Origin: Octopus vulgaris
Taxonomy: Eukaryota
Reading direction: 5' to 3'
DNA: 64,000 nt
Assembly (NCBI GenBank): GCA_951406725.2
Contig: OX597832.1
Coordinates: 23,746,001-23,810,000 of the forward strand
The position numbers were made by a program, and so were the translations under genes. The notes below the pieces were generated by a model that did no database searches, was not told the origin of the DNA, and saw only the letters and a program-made list of their open reading frames with translations. Below, in pieces: positions 29,585-44,466 of the stretch; positions within the stretch are counted from its first letter, which is position 1, and the number at the start of each line of letters is the position of its first letter.

Positions 29585-29777
29585 CATCTTCATCATTGTT
29601 ATTATTATCATCATCATTATTATTATTATCATTATCATCATCATCATCATCATCATTATCATTACTATTATTATTATTAGCATTATTATTATTATTATTA
29701 TTATTATCATCATCATCATCATCATCATCATCATTATCATTACTATTATTATTATTATTATCATTATTATTATTATT

Positions 29778-29815
<38 letters not shown>

Positions 29816-29865
29816 TATCATTACTATTATTATTACTATTATTATCATTATTATTATTATTATTA

Positions 29866-30240
29866 CTCTCTCTTTTACTCTTTTACTTGTTTCTGTCATT
29901 TGACTGCAGCCATGCTGGAGCACCGCCTTTAGTCGAGCAAATCGACCCCGGGACTTATTCTTTGTAAGCCCAGTACTTATTCTATCGGTCTCTTTTGCCG
30001 AACCGCTAAGTGACGGGGACGTAAACACACCACCATATACAGACAAACACAGACACACATATATATATACATATATACGACAGGCTTCTTTCAGTTTCCG
30101 TCTACCAAATCCACTCACAAGGCATTGGTCGGCCCGGGGCTATAGCAGAAGACACTTGCCCAAGATGCCACGCAGTGGGACTGAACCCGGAACCATGTGG
30201 TTGGTTAGCAAGCTACTTACCACACAGCCACTCTTGCGCC
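29866..30240 (-). mobile_element. SINE B
   Basis: Near full-length match. Confidence 0.85.
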
Positions 30241-30303
<63 letters not shown>

Positions 30304-30333
30304 CATTATTATTATTATTATTATTATTATTTA

Positions 30334-30768
30334 AGGCGACGAGCTGGCAGAATCGTTAACACGCCGGGTGAAATGCTTACCGGTATTTCACCCGTCGATA
30401 CGTTCTGAGTTCAAATTCCGCTGAGGTTGACTTTGCCTTTCATCCTTTCGGGGTCGATTAAGTAAGTACCTGTTTACGCACTGGGATCGATGTGATCGAC
30501 TCAATCCCTTTGTCTGTCCTTGTTTGTCCCTTCTATGTTTAGCCCCTTGTGAGCAATAAAGAAATAAGAATCATTAAACACGCTAGACGAAACGTTTAGC
30601 GGTATTTCGCCCGTCACCACGTTCTAAGATCAAATTCCGCCGAGGTCGACTTTGCCTTTCAAATCCTTTCGGGGTCGATTAAATAAGTACGAGTTGTGCA
30701 GTGGAGTCGATGTGATCGACTATCCCCTCGCCCCAAAAATTTTAGGCTTTGTGCCCATAGTAGAAAGG
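30334..30768 (+). mobile_element. Two tandem SINE A copies
   Basis: Heads at 30334 and ~30568. Confidence 0.8.
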
Positions 30769-30782
30769 GTTGTTGTTGTTGC

Positions 30783-31082
30783 TGGAGGGTTCCTGTTGAT
30801 CCAATAAACAGAACAGCATGCGCGTGAAAGGAGCTTCAAATGAACTGAGCACTCCACAGACACGCGGACCCTTAAAGAGGTTTTCAAGGAAATTCAGCGT
30901 GACACAGAATGTGACAACGCTGTCCCTTTGAAATACAGGTACTACTCATTTTTTACCAGCTGAGTGGACTGAGGCGATGTGAAATAAAGTGTCTCGCACA
31001 CGGACACAACTCGCCGCTGAGAATCGAACTCTCGACCCTACAATCGTAAGCCGAATACCCTAACCGCTAAGCCAACGTCTTA
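30783..31082 (-). mobile_element. SINE C with tail type 2
   Basis: Head near 31080; tail matches the copies at 36300-37180. Confidence 0.7.
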
Positions 31083-31204
31083 ACATAAGTATATATACAC
31101 AGGCGTATGTACGTATATAGAGAGAGAGACTAAGATACACTCGTCACAATGCATATAGTCATATTAACTGCTGCAAATATACACATATACGTACATATAC
31201 ACAA

Positions 31205-31245
<41 letters not shown>

Positions 31246-31379
31246 AACACGCACACTCACACACGGAAACGCACACACACACATACACACACATACGCAC
31301 ACACGCATATGTGTATATATATATATATATATTATTTTCCACCAAGCATTGGTACATCGTTGTGCCACTATTTTCTGTT

Positions 31380-31438
<59 letters not shown>

Positions 31439-32713
31439 GTGTGTGTATATGTGTGTGTGTGTGTACGTATACACACGCACACACCTTACGATCGAGAACC
31501 GAATACACATGTACGCATACATGCCCAAGCACGTGCATACACAAACAAATACACACACACTCACACACACACACACACATGCACACACACACACGCATGC
31601 ACAGATGCATGCATGTGTACGTTAGCAACGCAGAAAACACAACAATAAACATGCCCACTCTGTCGAATAACAGAATCCTATTACGAAACTACGAAACTTA
31701 AATTCGCTTATTCCGACCAGTTGCTGCTCTTAAGCTGGCTAAATAATTTTTTTTTTTTTTTTTTTTTGTACTTCGTTGTCAATTCAATGTCGGAAAATTT
31801 CCAGTTCCACATCGCTTCCGATTGGCAGTGAAACAATCTCAGAATATTCCTTAAAGCTGTTATCTTCTCGCCAATAAAATTACAACTGGAAGAAGACCGA
31901 CCGAGGGAGCGAACGATTAAGCGATGAAGAGCGAGAGAAATGGAGAACTGCCGACGAAATAAACGAGCTTCCTTCAGAAAACAATGGCTGTTATGTAAAC
32001 GATGTTATTCAATCATGGCGTCTTTAAGTTTCCTCTAGCCGTATTATTTACATAAATAAGTTTACTGTTTATATTATTATTATTGATAATATCGTCCGTG
32101 GCAAATTTCATATTGATAATATTCAGTAATAATTCAGTGATATTTATTGTAACTTGATTCGGCTGTTTGCCACGAGAAGACAACATTATTCTTAGGCTGG
32201 TAGTGGAGCGAGGCGGAGAGAGATAGGGGACTTCGGAGTAGAGGACTTATAAACGCGTTTCTGTTGGAAATAAAATTTACTGGTGTCTCTTTGGTCGTTT
32301 CATTCGCAGTAATAAAACAATAAGATGATAATGGAAACTGTCCTTCTAGAAATACACCATGTAAATGTGCCCGCCACCGTTTCAGGGAAGAATACCAACA
32401 TAAGTACACAAACACATACACATACATGTGCATATATATATTTATGAAGATGCATAACCAAGTGGTTAGGGTTTTGGCACATTATCATAAGGCCGGAGAA
32501 TCGATACTTATACCAAACAGTGCGTTATTTCTTTGAGCAAATTCATGGTTTCCAATTTTTCTTGTCAACTCAGATGAAAATAAACATGTATGTATATATA
32601 TATATTTATATATATGTAGAAGTGTAGAAGGATGAAAAGGAACACACGAGTTGATATATATGGTAAAAAAAGTCAAGATAGAAAATGCTAAAATAATTTT
32701 ATAAAAAACATTT

Positions 32714-32750
32714 CAGTACCGGTTTCAGTCATTTGAGATTTTTTCAACTG
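32714..32750 (-). ncRNA. Hammerhead motif, U3-A8 core
   Basis: cag-TTGAAAA-aatctcaaatgact-GAAA-ccgg-TA-ctg. Stems I and II are short. Confidence 0.55.
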
Positions 32751-33059
32751 TAACAATTAAATAATTAAATTTAGAAAAATTAAAAGAAAAGTTTTTTTAA
32801 AGAATATCCTACTATACTGTCTAGTCAACAAAATCAAAAACAAACAATGCGCTAAATTAAAAATATAAAATGGCAACAATTTACCCATCGCACCCTGTAT
32901 GTGTGTGTGTGTGTGAGAGTTATGAGAGGTAATGGTGTCATTGAGACCCAAAAGTATCAGGTAATGCTGAATAAGTGCTGTAGATAGACCATAGTTAATT
33001 TCCAAGTTCGGTGATTTTGCGAATAAGTGGTTCAACGTTGGTCATATTTCAGCGTGTGT

Positions 33060-33368
33060 ATATAAAAAATTTTTTTCGTAATGGGATAAAAAACCAAGGC
33101 TGTGTAGATATTAGAACATTTATAGATAGAAGGTCTTACAGCTGTTTCCAGGATATTTATTATATCCCTACATATCCCACATCTATTTTCCTCCTCCACC
33201 TCACTCTCTATTTTGTATCTTATCTAAATTAACTATCACTTAACCATCCTCTCATACGGTCTCCGATGAAGGGATATAATATATATCCTGGAAACAGCTT
33301 TCTATCTATAAATGTTTTAAATTCTATTCAACTTTGGTTTTTTTATCTCATTACGATAAAAATTTATA
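33060..33368. mobile_element. Foldback pLTR-type element (~100-bp arms) with hammerhead at 33258-33299
   Basis: Right arm ggtct-CCGATGA-agggatataatatatatcctg-GAAA-cagct (cleavage site deleted). The left arm read on minus retains GAAA-cagctg-TA-agacc. Confidence 0.75.
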
Positions 33369-33481
33369 TACATATATGTATATATAGGAGAGGGAAAATT
33401 ATGATAAGGCAGAATGCTAAATTGAAAGTAGATTTTAATAAAAATGGGTGTGTGAAAAATTAAAAATGAAAAAATAATAAT

Positions 33482-33523
33482 AAATCAAGCCGGTTTTCAT
33501 TGCAAGGCAAATTTTCAAGATTT
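33482..33523 (-). ncRNA. Hammerhead motif, U3-A8 core
   Basis: aaatc-TTGAAAA-tttgc ctt gcaat-GAAA-accggc-TT-gattt: 5-bp stem I. Confidence 0.6.
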
Positions 33524-33563
33524 GGAAGGGAAATTTTTTTTTAAATTAAGGAAGGGGAACTGA

Positions 33564-33619
<56 letters not shown>

Positions 33620-33624
<5 letters not shown>

Positions 33625-33850
33625 CTTTACTACCCACAAGGGGCTAAACATAGAGGGGACAAACAAGGACAGACAAAGGGATTAAGTCGATTACATCGAC
33701 CCCAGTGCGTAACTGGTACTTAATTTATCGACCCCGAAAGGATGAAAGGCAAAGTCGACCTCGGCGGAATTTGAACTCGGAACGTAACGACAGACGAAAT
33801 ACTGCTACGAATTTCGCCCAGCGTGCTAACGTTTCTACCAGCTCGCCGCC
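33620..33850 (-). mobile_element. SINE A, full length
   Basis: Head to tail match. Confidence 0.88.
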
Positions 33851-34045
33851 TTTATATATAGGCGTGGTTGTGTACTTAAGAAAGTACCAGGATACGAAGT
33901 GGATATCTGGCAATTTCATGCATTATCACTAACCACTAATGTGGATTTTCATTCATAATCCACGTTCTGGGTCCCCTTATTGCTTTTCTGTCATGTTTAA
34001 GCCATTATCGTAGTCTTAATTTCGGCAATTATATCAGTCTAGATT

Positions 34046-34111
<66 letters not shown>

Positions 34112-34114
34112 GGA

Positions 34115-35095
34115 AGATCAATTATTAATCTCACACAATTCTCTGACTGTAGAATCTGTAAATGGTTTATAGTTAACAGGAAGCTCCTTTGTTGAAATGT
34201 CTTCCGCATTTAAAAAGCATATCATAATCTAATGCTTCATCACGTGACTTATATCTGATCCACTGTCTAAGAAAATGTTGAAATATTTGGCTTCGGTTCA
34301 ATACATTTCCTTCACCAGCATTTCTCAACAAACTGATTATTTCATGCCGAACATTTTTTTGGATCTACACTGAATAAATTACTGATTTTGACGTAACCCA
34401 CATAAGCATTCTTTGTTAGATTACATTTTACAAGTCGTTCGACAAAACCTTAAAAAAAAAAAACTCTTGTCCGATATAAATAATGCATATGACATTCTCT
34501 CGAAAGAGAAATTGTTTTCAGCTAAACACAGAACGATGCTCATTAAAAGATTCGAAAATCTACACCAACACTCTCCTTTTTTCCACACGCAGCTGCTTCT
34601 CGTATTCAACAATGGTTCTCTTTGTCAGTCTACAATCGCAGTGATGTCCTTTAACTAGTTTTCCGAGACACTCCAGATGATGCGCTGAATTTTCATGCGA
34701 TTGCACATATTCTAAATATTCATGAACATGCTTCTAGTCATTAATTCCAGGCTCTTGTAAAAGCGACTTATCTGAGAAATCAAAAGCTTCGCACCAAACC
34801 AAATAAATTTTACTAGTGTTCTCTCAATAAACGAGACACCTTTTAAGAAAATATTCACTGCTGTTAATTTTCTTATACATGATTGTCACTAAAAAAAACT
34901 ACGACTGTGTGTGTTGAATTATTATTACATCTTTTCGAGAAAGGCACTGATTATTTACAAAATGTGACCCGTTGGCTGCTAGAATTGCAGGTGCCGTCTC
35001 CAGCATTCGATCCTCGAAAGAGGAAAGGTCGGCAAAAAAGCCAAATTTGCTTTCTTGAATTCGTTTCTCGCTCATGTCCTCACCTATGGTCATAA
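34115..35095 (-). pseudogene. Degraded hAT (Tip100/ZMYM1-like) transposase N-terminal half
   Basis: Minus-strand fragments ...SHENSAHH..., LAENNFSF..., AKYFNIFLDSGSDISH resemble hAT motifs HE.S..H, LA.QNLAFRG and YFS..LD.T.D.SH. Many stops. Confidence 0.55.
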
Positions 35096-35111
35096 ATATG
35101 AGGTAACAGTC

Positions 35112-35362
35112 GAGGCGCGTGGCTTAGTGGTTAAGTTGTTGGACTCATAATCGTAAGATTGTGGTTTCGATTCCTGGGCCGGGCGATGAGTTGCGTTCTT
35201 GAGCAAAACACTTCATTTCACGTTGATCCAGTCCACTCAGCTGGCAAAAATTAGTAACCCTGACCCTGCGACTGACCAACGTCCCATCCAGGTAGGGAAT
35301 TTATATGCCATGAAACCGGGAAACCGGCCCTTATGAGTCGGCATTACTCGAGAAAGTAGCTA
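35112..35362 (+). mobile_element. SINE C with V-SINE-like tail
   Basis: Head gaggcgcgtggcttagtggttaag...gtttcgattcc; tail ccctgcga...gaaaccgggaaaccggccc shared with the D copy at 6965. Confidence 0.75.
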
Positions 35363-35404
35363 TACTTTTATGGTTTAATGTTAGGTAATAATCTAAAGAA
35401 AACG

Positions 35405-36060
35405 ACCGCAAATACAAGCAACTAAAATAGGATTTCTCCGAAGGGTCTCTGGAGTAACGTTGCTCGACAGGATGTGTGGCTTGGAAATCAGGGTCTTTCT
35501 CCACGTGGAGCTGCTACTTCGCATGGAGAGGTCACAACTCTGGTCCAACGGATATGTAATTAGAATGTCGTAGGAAAGAATCGCAAGACATATTCTTCAG
35601 TCCGAGCCAAACCGAGAGGAGACCTAGGGGTAGACCAAGAGAGAAATGGTTGTATGATATCCATAGTCTCAGTTCATCACGTTTTAGTATCCAGCGGAAA
35701 AGGGTAATGGTAGTTGCTTCTGGCAGGACCCTGTGGCGAAGGTGCCAGATGATCCTTTCCTAGAAATAGCGGGCATAAAAACGGATGGATGGATCGATCG
35801 ATCGATGGATGGACGGACAGATGGATGGATTGATGGATGGATGGATGGATGGATGGATGGATGGACGGATGGATGGACGGACGGACGGACGGATGGATGG
35901 ATGGATGGATGGATGGATGGATGGATGGATGGGTGGATAGACGGATGGATGGATGGATGGATGGACGGACAGATGGATGGATGGATGGTTGGATGAATGG
36001 ATGGATGGATGGATGGATGGATGGATGGATGGATGGATGGACGGATGGACGGACGGACGG
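35405..36060 (+). mobile_element. RTE-clade LINE 3' end with (GGAT)n tail
   Basis: IQATKIGFLRRVSGVTLLDR...MERSQL...RRPRGRPREKW...RTLWR, the typical RTE C-terminus; (GGAT/GGAC)n at 35783-36060. Confidence 0.8.
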
Positions 36061-36299
36061 ACATGTTCCTAATAATGTAAAAAGCGTCAGTAACGAATAT
36101 CTCATTCGGTCAAGTGTATTGGATAGCTGTAGCTGATATGAGAGTAGAGGTGGGTTTTTCAAATTTAGTTTCAAAACAATCAGAACTGTCTACTACGCTT
36201 CTATTGCAAAAGTCTTCCCCAACATCGCCAGTTCGACCGTGATGTCATGATTCGTGTGTCCAATCGCCCTTTTACTCAGAGGGACACTTTGTCAGTTAC

Positions 36300-36965
36300 A
36301 CCAATAAATGTTCCGGTTGATTCGACCAACGGAACAGCCTTCCCGTGAAATGAACATGCAAGTAGCTGAGCACACCACAGACATGCGTACTAGTAACGTA
36401 GTTCTTAGGGGAATTTAGGGTGACCCAGAATGTGACAAAGTTGGCCCGATTGAATCACTGGTACAGCTCATTTTTGCCAGCTGAGTGGACTGGAGCAACT
36501 GGAAATAAAGTGTCTTGGGACACAACGCATCGCCGGGAATCGAACTCACGACCTTACGATCGGGAACCGAATAAACAAACCATGGAAAGGAAAACAAGAA
36601 AGCGGGAATAAATGAAAGAATGAATAAAATGGTTCTGGACTGGTACTCCGTCGCTTACGACGACGAGGGATCCAGTTAATCCGATCAATGGAACAGCCTG
36701 TTCGTGAAATTAACGTGCAAGTGGCTGAGTACTCCACAGATACGTGTGCCCTGAATGTAATTCTCGGGGAGATTCAGCGTGACACAAAATGTCACAAGGC
36801 TGGCCCCTTTGAATTACAAGTACTACACATTTTTGCCAGCTGACTCGACTGGAGTAACGTGAAATAAAGTGTCTTGCTCAAGGACACAGCGCGTCGCCGG
36901 AAATTGAACTCGCGACCTTACAATCGTCGGCTGAATAATCTAACCACTACGTCAAGTGCCTTCGC
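36300..36965 (-). mobile_element. Two SINE C copies with tail type 2
   Basis: ~36300-36565 and ~36640-36965. Confidence 0.75.
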
Positions 36966-36989
36966 AATGAGTAAAATGCACAATAAACT

Positions 36990-37389
36990 CGTGGCACTCC
37001 GTCGCTTACGACGACGAGAGTTCCAGTTGATCCGATCAACAGAACAGCCTGCTCGTAAAATTAACGTGCAAGTGGCTGAGTACTCCACAGACACACGTGT
37101 ACCCTTAACGTAGTTCTCGGGGAGATTCAACGTGACACAGAGTGTGACAACGCTGGCCCTATAAAATACAGGTACAACAGAAACAGGAAGAAAGAGTGTG
37201 AGAAAATTGTGGTGATAAAAAGTACAGCAGGGTTCGCCACCAGCCCCTGCGGGAGCCTCGTGGAGCTTTTGGTGTTTTCGTTCAATAAACACTCACAATA
37301 AACACCCACAACGCCCGGTCTGAGAATCGAAACTGCGATCCTACAGCCACAAGTCCGCTACCCTAACCATTAGGCCACTGCGCCTCTAC
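36990..37389 (-). mobile_element. SINE D head joined to tail type 2
   Basis: 12-bp TSD gcacaataaact at 36978-36989 and 37390-37401. Confidence 0.8.
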
Positions 37390-37679
37390 GCACAATAAAC
37401 TACGCAACGACGAAAGAAAAACTGGCAAAAGCCATAATTTTTTGGTAAAAGAAAAGCGGGGGGTAAGCAATATGTGTTTTTCTTTTCTTTTCTTCTGCTG
37501 CTTTCTCACCTCTGCTAAAGAATTCTTTCAAGCGTTTTGAAGAGTGAATTATCTTCACAGAAGGTTCTTGCCTTATGATCTTTATAGCTTTTCCCAAGAC
37601 ATTGTCTTTATTTTAATTCTCTGATGTAATACCCCCAAGGCCACCATCAGCAGAGATAATGTGAAGACAAAAACATAAA

Positions 37680-37759
<80 letters not shown>

Positions 37760-37839
37760 GTGTGGTGTGAGTGTTCGTGTGCGCTTGGACATATATATAT
37801 TTCGTTTTTGGATTTGGTTTGCAAGAAAGACACAACAGA

Positions 37840-37903
<64 letters not shown>

Positions 37904-38061
37904 CGCACATGCATGCGTGTACACAAATTTACATATAGTGGGTGACTGAATATTTGTGTGTGTATGTGTATATATATATATACATTCATACATATATATA
38001 CATATTTATGTATATGAATATATGTATATATATGTGTGTATATATAAATAAATATATATAC

Positions 38062-38099
<38 letters not shown>

Positions 38100-38169
38100 C
38101 ATATATATATATATATATGTATGTATATATATATATGCATGAATATATATATATACACACACACACACA

Positions 38170-39040
38170 CAAGATCTGGTCAATAAGTATCCGGACCGTT
38201 GCCATAGTGACGAAGCTAAGCACGTAGAGTAAAGCTGGCTGAAACAGATTGACCTTGAACTCTGCTGCACATGCGCACTACGTTCTACCTTACTTCCGCT
38301 GGTTACAGTAATGCTTGGAAAGGTCTGTAGAGTGTGATCGTCCTATTGCCCATGACAGAGAAAGTTGTCATGGCAATACCTGCTCAGAGGCCTATGCAAA
38401 GTTGCAGAAAGTGTATGGAGAGGAGTGTACAAGTGTACAAGTGACTCAGACGTTTCCAAGATGGCCGAATAAATGTTGATAGTGACGAACGTTCTGGGAG
38501 ACCCGCAACCAGCAGAACTGAGAACAACATCACAGATGTGCGTGCAGCTGTGAGGGTAAATCGTCGAATCACCATCCGTGAGTTATCAGAGGATGTGCAG
38601 ATCAGTTACGGTTCAGTTCCGTCCATTATCATTGAAGATTTGGGTATGGGACGCGTATGTTACTAGTTTGTGCTAAAACTGCTTTCAGCTGACCAAAAAA
38701 ACAGTCGGGTTTCAGGTACACAAAATCTCCTTGATTGTGTCGAGAATGATGAAAACTTTTTGAAAATTTGCGTAGGCTTCTGAGCAGGTATCGCCAAGCT
38801 TTTGGCAAAATTTGATGCAGATTCACTGCTCAACTTTCTCTGTCATGGTCAATGCGACGATAACACGCTAGACACCTTCCTTCCAAGTACTGCTGTAAGC
38901 AGCAGAAATAAGCTAGAACGTTAAAACTTAGTGCGCATGCACAGCAGGGATCAATGTCAACCTGTGCCGAGCGGATTTACTCTGTGTACTTTAGCTTCGT
39001 TACTATGGCAACAGTCCGGATATTTATTAGTCAGACCTCG
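38170..39040. mobile_element. mariner derivative built from two inverted left ends
   Basis: Plus strand SEAYAKLQKVYG...RFQDGR...DERSGRP...NRRITIRELS (HTH region). Minus strand of the right part encodes the same N-terminus (CIKFCQKLGDTCSEAYA). Ends cagacctcg-TA. Confidence 0.8.
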
Positions 39041-39051
39041 TATTTATAGAT

Positions 39052-39172
<121 letters not shown>

Positions 39173-39276
39173 AATTATATATAACGACAAACGAGTGAGA
39201 CCTCGATATCTGTAGAAATAGAGGATTATTTTATATGGTTTAACGTATAGAGTAAACAGTAAACGGTTGTCATTAT

Positions 39277-39333
39277 TAGTACTCGGAGTTTCGAATGTCG
39301 GAGCGTAGAGCTACGGTACATTTTTGTCGGCTA
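39277..39333 (-). ncRNA. Decayed hammerhead motif in element ~39178-39390
   Basis: tag-CCGACAA-aaatgt accgtagctctacgctccg acattc-GAAA-ctccgag-TA-cta. Confidence 0.55.
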
Positions 39334-39476
39334 TTAAATGTCAACAGACGCCATCGTTTTTCGTAGCGTGTGTACGTGAGTAATCATGTAATACATGCAT
39401 ATATGCATGCATACACATATTATTATAAAAACATATGTATATACATATATATAAGCATATACATATATTTACATAT

Positions 39477-39516
<40 letters not shown>

Positions 39517-39534
39517 CGTGTGCGTAGTTTTTTT

Positions 39535-39946
39535 ATTCTTTTACTTGCTTCAGTCATTTGACTGCAACTATGCTGGAGCACAGTTTTTAGTTGAACAAAT
39601 CAACCGCAGGTCTCATTCTTTGTAAGCATAGTACTTATTTTATCGTGTTCTTTTGCCGAACCACTAAGTTACGGTGACGTAAACACGTCAACACCGGTTG
39701 TCAAGTAATGGTGGGGGGACAAACACAGACATACACACACACACACAAACACACACATACACACACACACACACACAAATATACATATATATAGGACGGA
39801 CTTCTTTCAGTTTTTGTCTACCAAATCCACTCCCAAGGCTATGGTCGACCCGAGGCGATAGAAGACATTTTTTCACGTGGTGGGACTGAACTCGGAACCA
39901 TGTGGTTGGGAAGCAAACTTCGTACCACACAGCCACGCCTGCGCCT
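39535..39946 (-). mobile_element. SINE B (diverged)
   Basis: Head and tail match. Confidence 0.8.
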
Positions 39947-39947
39947 G

Positions 39948-40085
<138 letters not shown>

Positions 40086-40121
40086 TAGATATAGATATAG
40101 ATATATATAGATATAGATATA

Positions 40122-40213
<92 letters not shown>

Positions 40214-40242
40214 TATATATATATATACACACACACATACAC

Positions 40243-40295
<53 letters not shown>

Positions 40296-40548
40296 GTTGG
40301 AATTTTCAGAAAAACAAAAGACGAAGACAGGTGTATAAACAACCAGCAGGTGTAATAGTTTGAGGCTCGAGAAGGTGAGAAAGTCTTTTTGTGTTTCGAG
40401 CCTATATATATACATAGAGAGACAGTGGGGAGTGAGAGGGATAGATACATCCACCTATACAATATACAAATGGTATATTATATATTTACATATATACGTG
40501 TATGCGAGCATATAGTTTTACACACGAAAACACACACACACATATATA

Positions 40549-41382
<834 letters not shown>

Positions 41383-41394
41383 ATATATATATAA

Positions 41395-41482
<88 letters not shown>

Positions 41483-41525
41483 AAAAAAGAAGTTTGAAAA
41501 CGCCACTATATTAGATAAATTTTAA

Positions 41526-41568
41526 TTTTACATGTTTCGGTTCTTGAAAAAACGAACCTTATCAAAAA
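41526..41568 (-). ncRNA. Intact-looking hammerhead motif, U3-A8 core
   Basis: gttt-TTGATAA-ggttc gttttttcaa gaacc-GAAA-catg-TA-aaat: 5-bp stem II closed by G-C, palindromic ACATGT stem III, GUA triplet. Confidence 0.7.
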
Positions 41569-41653
41569 CATTTATTATAAAAAGTATAATGGAACAGTTC
41601 ATAATCGTTACATACATATAATCGTTACATACATACATAATCGTTACATACAT

Positions 41654-41693
<40 letters not shown>

Positions 41694-41780
41694 GAAATTT
41701 ATAGAAAAAACAAAGGACGAAGACATGTCTATGAACAACAAGCGAATGTATTAGTTTGACGCTCGAGAAAATCAAAAAGT

Positions 41781-41816
41781 CTTTTACTTTTCGAGCCTAC
41801 GCTCTTCGACAGAAAG
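41781..41816 (-). ncRNA. Hammerhead motif (A6U variant) in element ~41691-41835
   Basis: cttt-CTGTCGA-agagc gtag gctc-GAAA-ag-TA-aaag. Same family at ~40294-40405 (partial) and ~62979-63150. Confidence 0.55.
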
Positions 41817-42359
41817 GCATAAGAGAAAATAAGCACACACTCACATACATACATAGACATACATATTGTATGTATGTGTGGGTGCGTGCGTGCGTGCGTA
41901 CCACTGTGTCTACAGAAAACAGGTTCAAGTAGCAACACGATTCCTAGAGAAACACACTTAATCTGGTTCGTTTAGTTATTCTTGTAAGATTCCTGGCAGG
42001 CGCGTGCCAAAAAGAATCTGGAGATAAACATTTGCAACAAGAATCCCTCCAAGACTTTATCCTTGTCTTTTTTTCTTTTTTTTTTAGTTTTTAGTTTTTC
42101 TTTTCTTACTTTAGTAATTTTTAGGTTTTAAAGAAATATATGATTCTTTCTCCATTTTTTTTTTTTTTTTTTTCGTTTACTCTGTTATACATTCTTTATT
42201 TGGTAAATATTGTTTCCTTTTTGGTTCCATAAATATTTATTCTTCAGGTTTATTTTTCCCCAAAGGCAATAACATAAGAAGGCTTTTTGCAACAAGCAAC
42301 AACAACAATACTGATGATGATGATGACGATTATTATTATTATTATTATTATTATTATCA

Positions 42360-42393
<34 letters not shown>

Positions 42394-42422
42394 CATCATC
42401 ATCATTATTATTATTATTATTA

Positions 42423-42472
<50 letters not shown>

Positions 42473-42503
42473 GTTATTATTATTATTATTATTACTATCA
42501 TCA

Positions 42504-42556
<53 letters not shown>

Positions 42557-42614
42557 GTTATTATTATTACTATCATCATTATTATTATTATTGTTATTAT
42601 TATTATTACTATCA

Positions 42615-42684
<70 letters not shown>

Positions 42685-42734
42685 CTTACCAATGACAACG
42701 TTAAGTATCAGATGGTAAGAATGAAAAGAAGATG

Positions 42735-42778
<44 letters not shown>

Positions 42779-43223
42779 GATGATGTTGATGATGATGATG
42801 ATGGGAAGGAGAAGGATGAGCAGGGGGAAGAGGAAGGATTAGGAGCAGGGTGAAAAACAATAAATTTGCTTTTCTAACTTATATAAACAGTCCATGGTGA
42901 TGGTCAGTGAGTAGAGTAACACCACTTACGCACGTACGTGTGTGTATGTATGTGTGTATGCAAGCATATGTGAGTGTATATATGTATCTGTGAGTGCACG
43001 CGTGTATTTATGCATGTATCCGTACTTATGTATATATCTATTGGTGTATCTGAGTTCTTAATAAAGATAGAGCTAAATGAACATACACTCATACATGACT
43101 ATATATATCAACACCCACTCATGGAATTGTATATATATATATATATTTATATAATGAAAATAGTAATGCAATACGAGAGTATTGCTTTCCAGTAAAGGAT
43201 AGTCCGTGAGGGTAAAATTATAC

Positions 43224-43624
43224 ATAAAAGTAAATAAATGGTACAACGAAGCACCGATATTTACTGGAAAATAGCGAACGTAATAAATACGACGCTAATG
43301 TATAGCTTCACTACGTATGTACTAGTAAAGATGTGCGTGTGCAACAAACATGAAAAAATTTGTCTTAGCTCTAAGAAGAACATCTGAAAAATGAAAAACC
43401 TAGATAACGGATAATGCAGTACCGGTTTCGGATTTTTCAAAATACGCTTGCCAAACGTATATTTGATTTATCTTCATCAGCTGCATAAACCTCGACAATA
43501 TTTCAAATGTTGCCACATCTATGCCAGTACACTCGTCTGAACGCCAAAACGTTAACAGAACGAGAACAGTGAAGAAGTTTCCAGTAAATATCGGTGCTTC
43601 GTTGTACCATTTATTTACTTTTAT
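43224..43624. mobile_element. 401-bp element with perfect 47-bp terminal inverted repeats enclosing a hammerhead
   Basis: ataaaagtaaataaatggtacaacgaagcaccgatatttactggaaa (43224-43270) is inverted at 43578-43624, followed by (TA)n. Confidence 0.8.
43414..43486 (-). ncRNA. Intact type I hammerhead ribozyme motif
   Basis: atgcag-CTGATGA-agataaatcaaatatacgtttggcaagcgtattttgaaaaatcc-GAAA-ccgg-TA-ctgcat: 6-bp stem I, extended stem II, ACCGGT palindrome. Confidence 0.85.
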
Positions 43625-43627
43625 ATA

Positions 43628-43688
<61 letters not shown>

Positions 43689-43853
43689 GTATGTATGTAT
43701 GTATGTGTGTGTATATATATATATATAGACCAAGAAGAAGAAGAAGAAGAAGAAGAAGAAGAAGAAGAAGAAGAAGAAGAAGAAGAATATGAGGGAATAT
43801 TATTCCAAACTTACAGGGAAAAATTCAATATAGAAATACTAAATCAAATTTCA

Positions 43854-43917
<64 letters not shown>

Positions 43918-44416
43918 ATGTGTGTAAATTAGTAAAAAAACACCTTTTATCAATTCAAAAATGAAAAATTAAATTAAATTAAACGTATATACGTTTTATT
44001 TACTATTTTGCACATTACTTAATCCTTGTTATGTGTTTTATCTTATATTTAATCTTTCTATAATATGTAATTTTTCTAAATGGTATAATTTAATTTTTCA
44101 TTATTGAATTGATAAAAGGTGGGGTTTTTTTCTAATGTATATATATATACATATATACACATATACATATATATACATATATATATATATACATAAACAT
44201 TACGTTATATAATTAGGGTTTTCTTATAGTAGAAGAAATAGCTAAGATTTTTTGGCTGCTATTTCTAAAAGTTCGCTGTGTGGTAAAGTAAATTATTTTA
44301 CTGAACCCTAATTATATAACGTAATGTTTAAAATATACCTTGAATGGTCCTCTTACATACTGAACACTACTTGGTAAAATTAATTAATAATTAATTGATT
44401 TTTACCCTTTTATTAT

Positions 44417-44450
<34 letters not shown>

Positions 44451-44466
44451 GATACATACACATATA

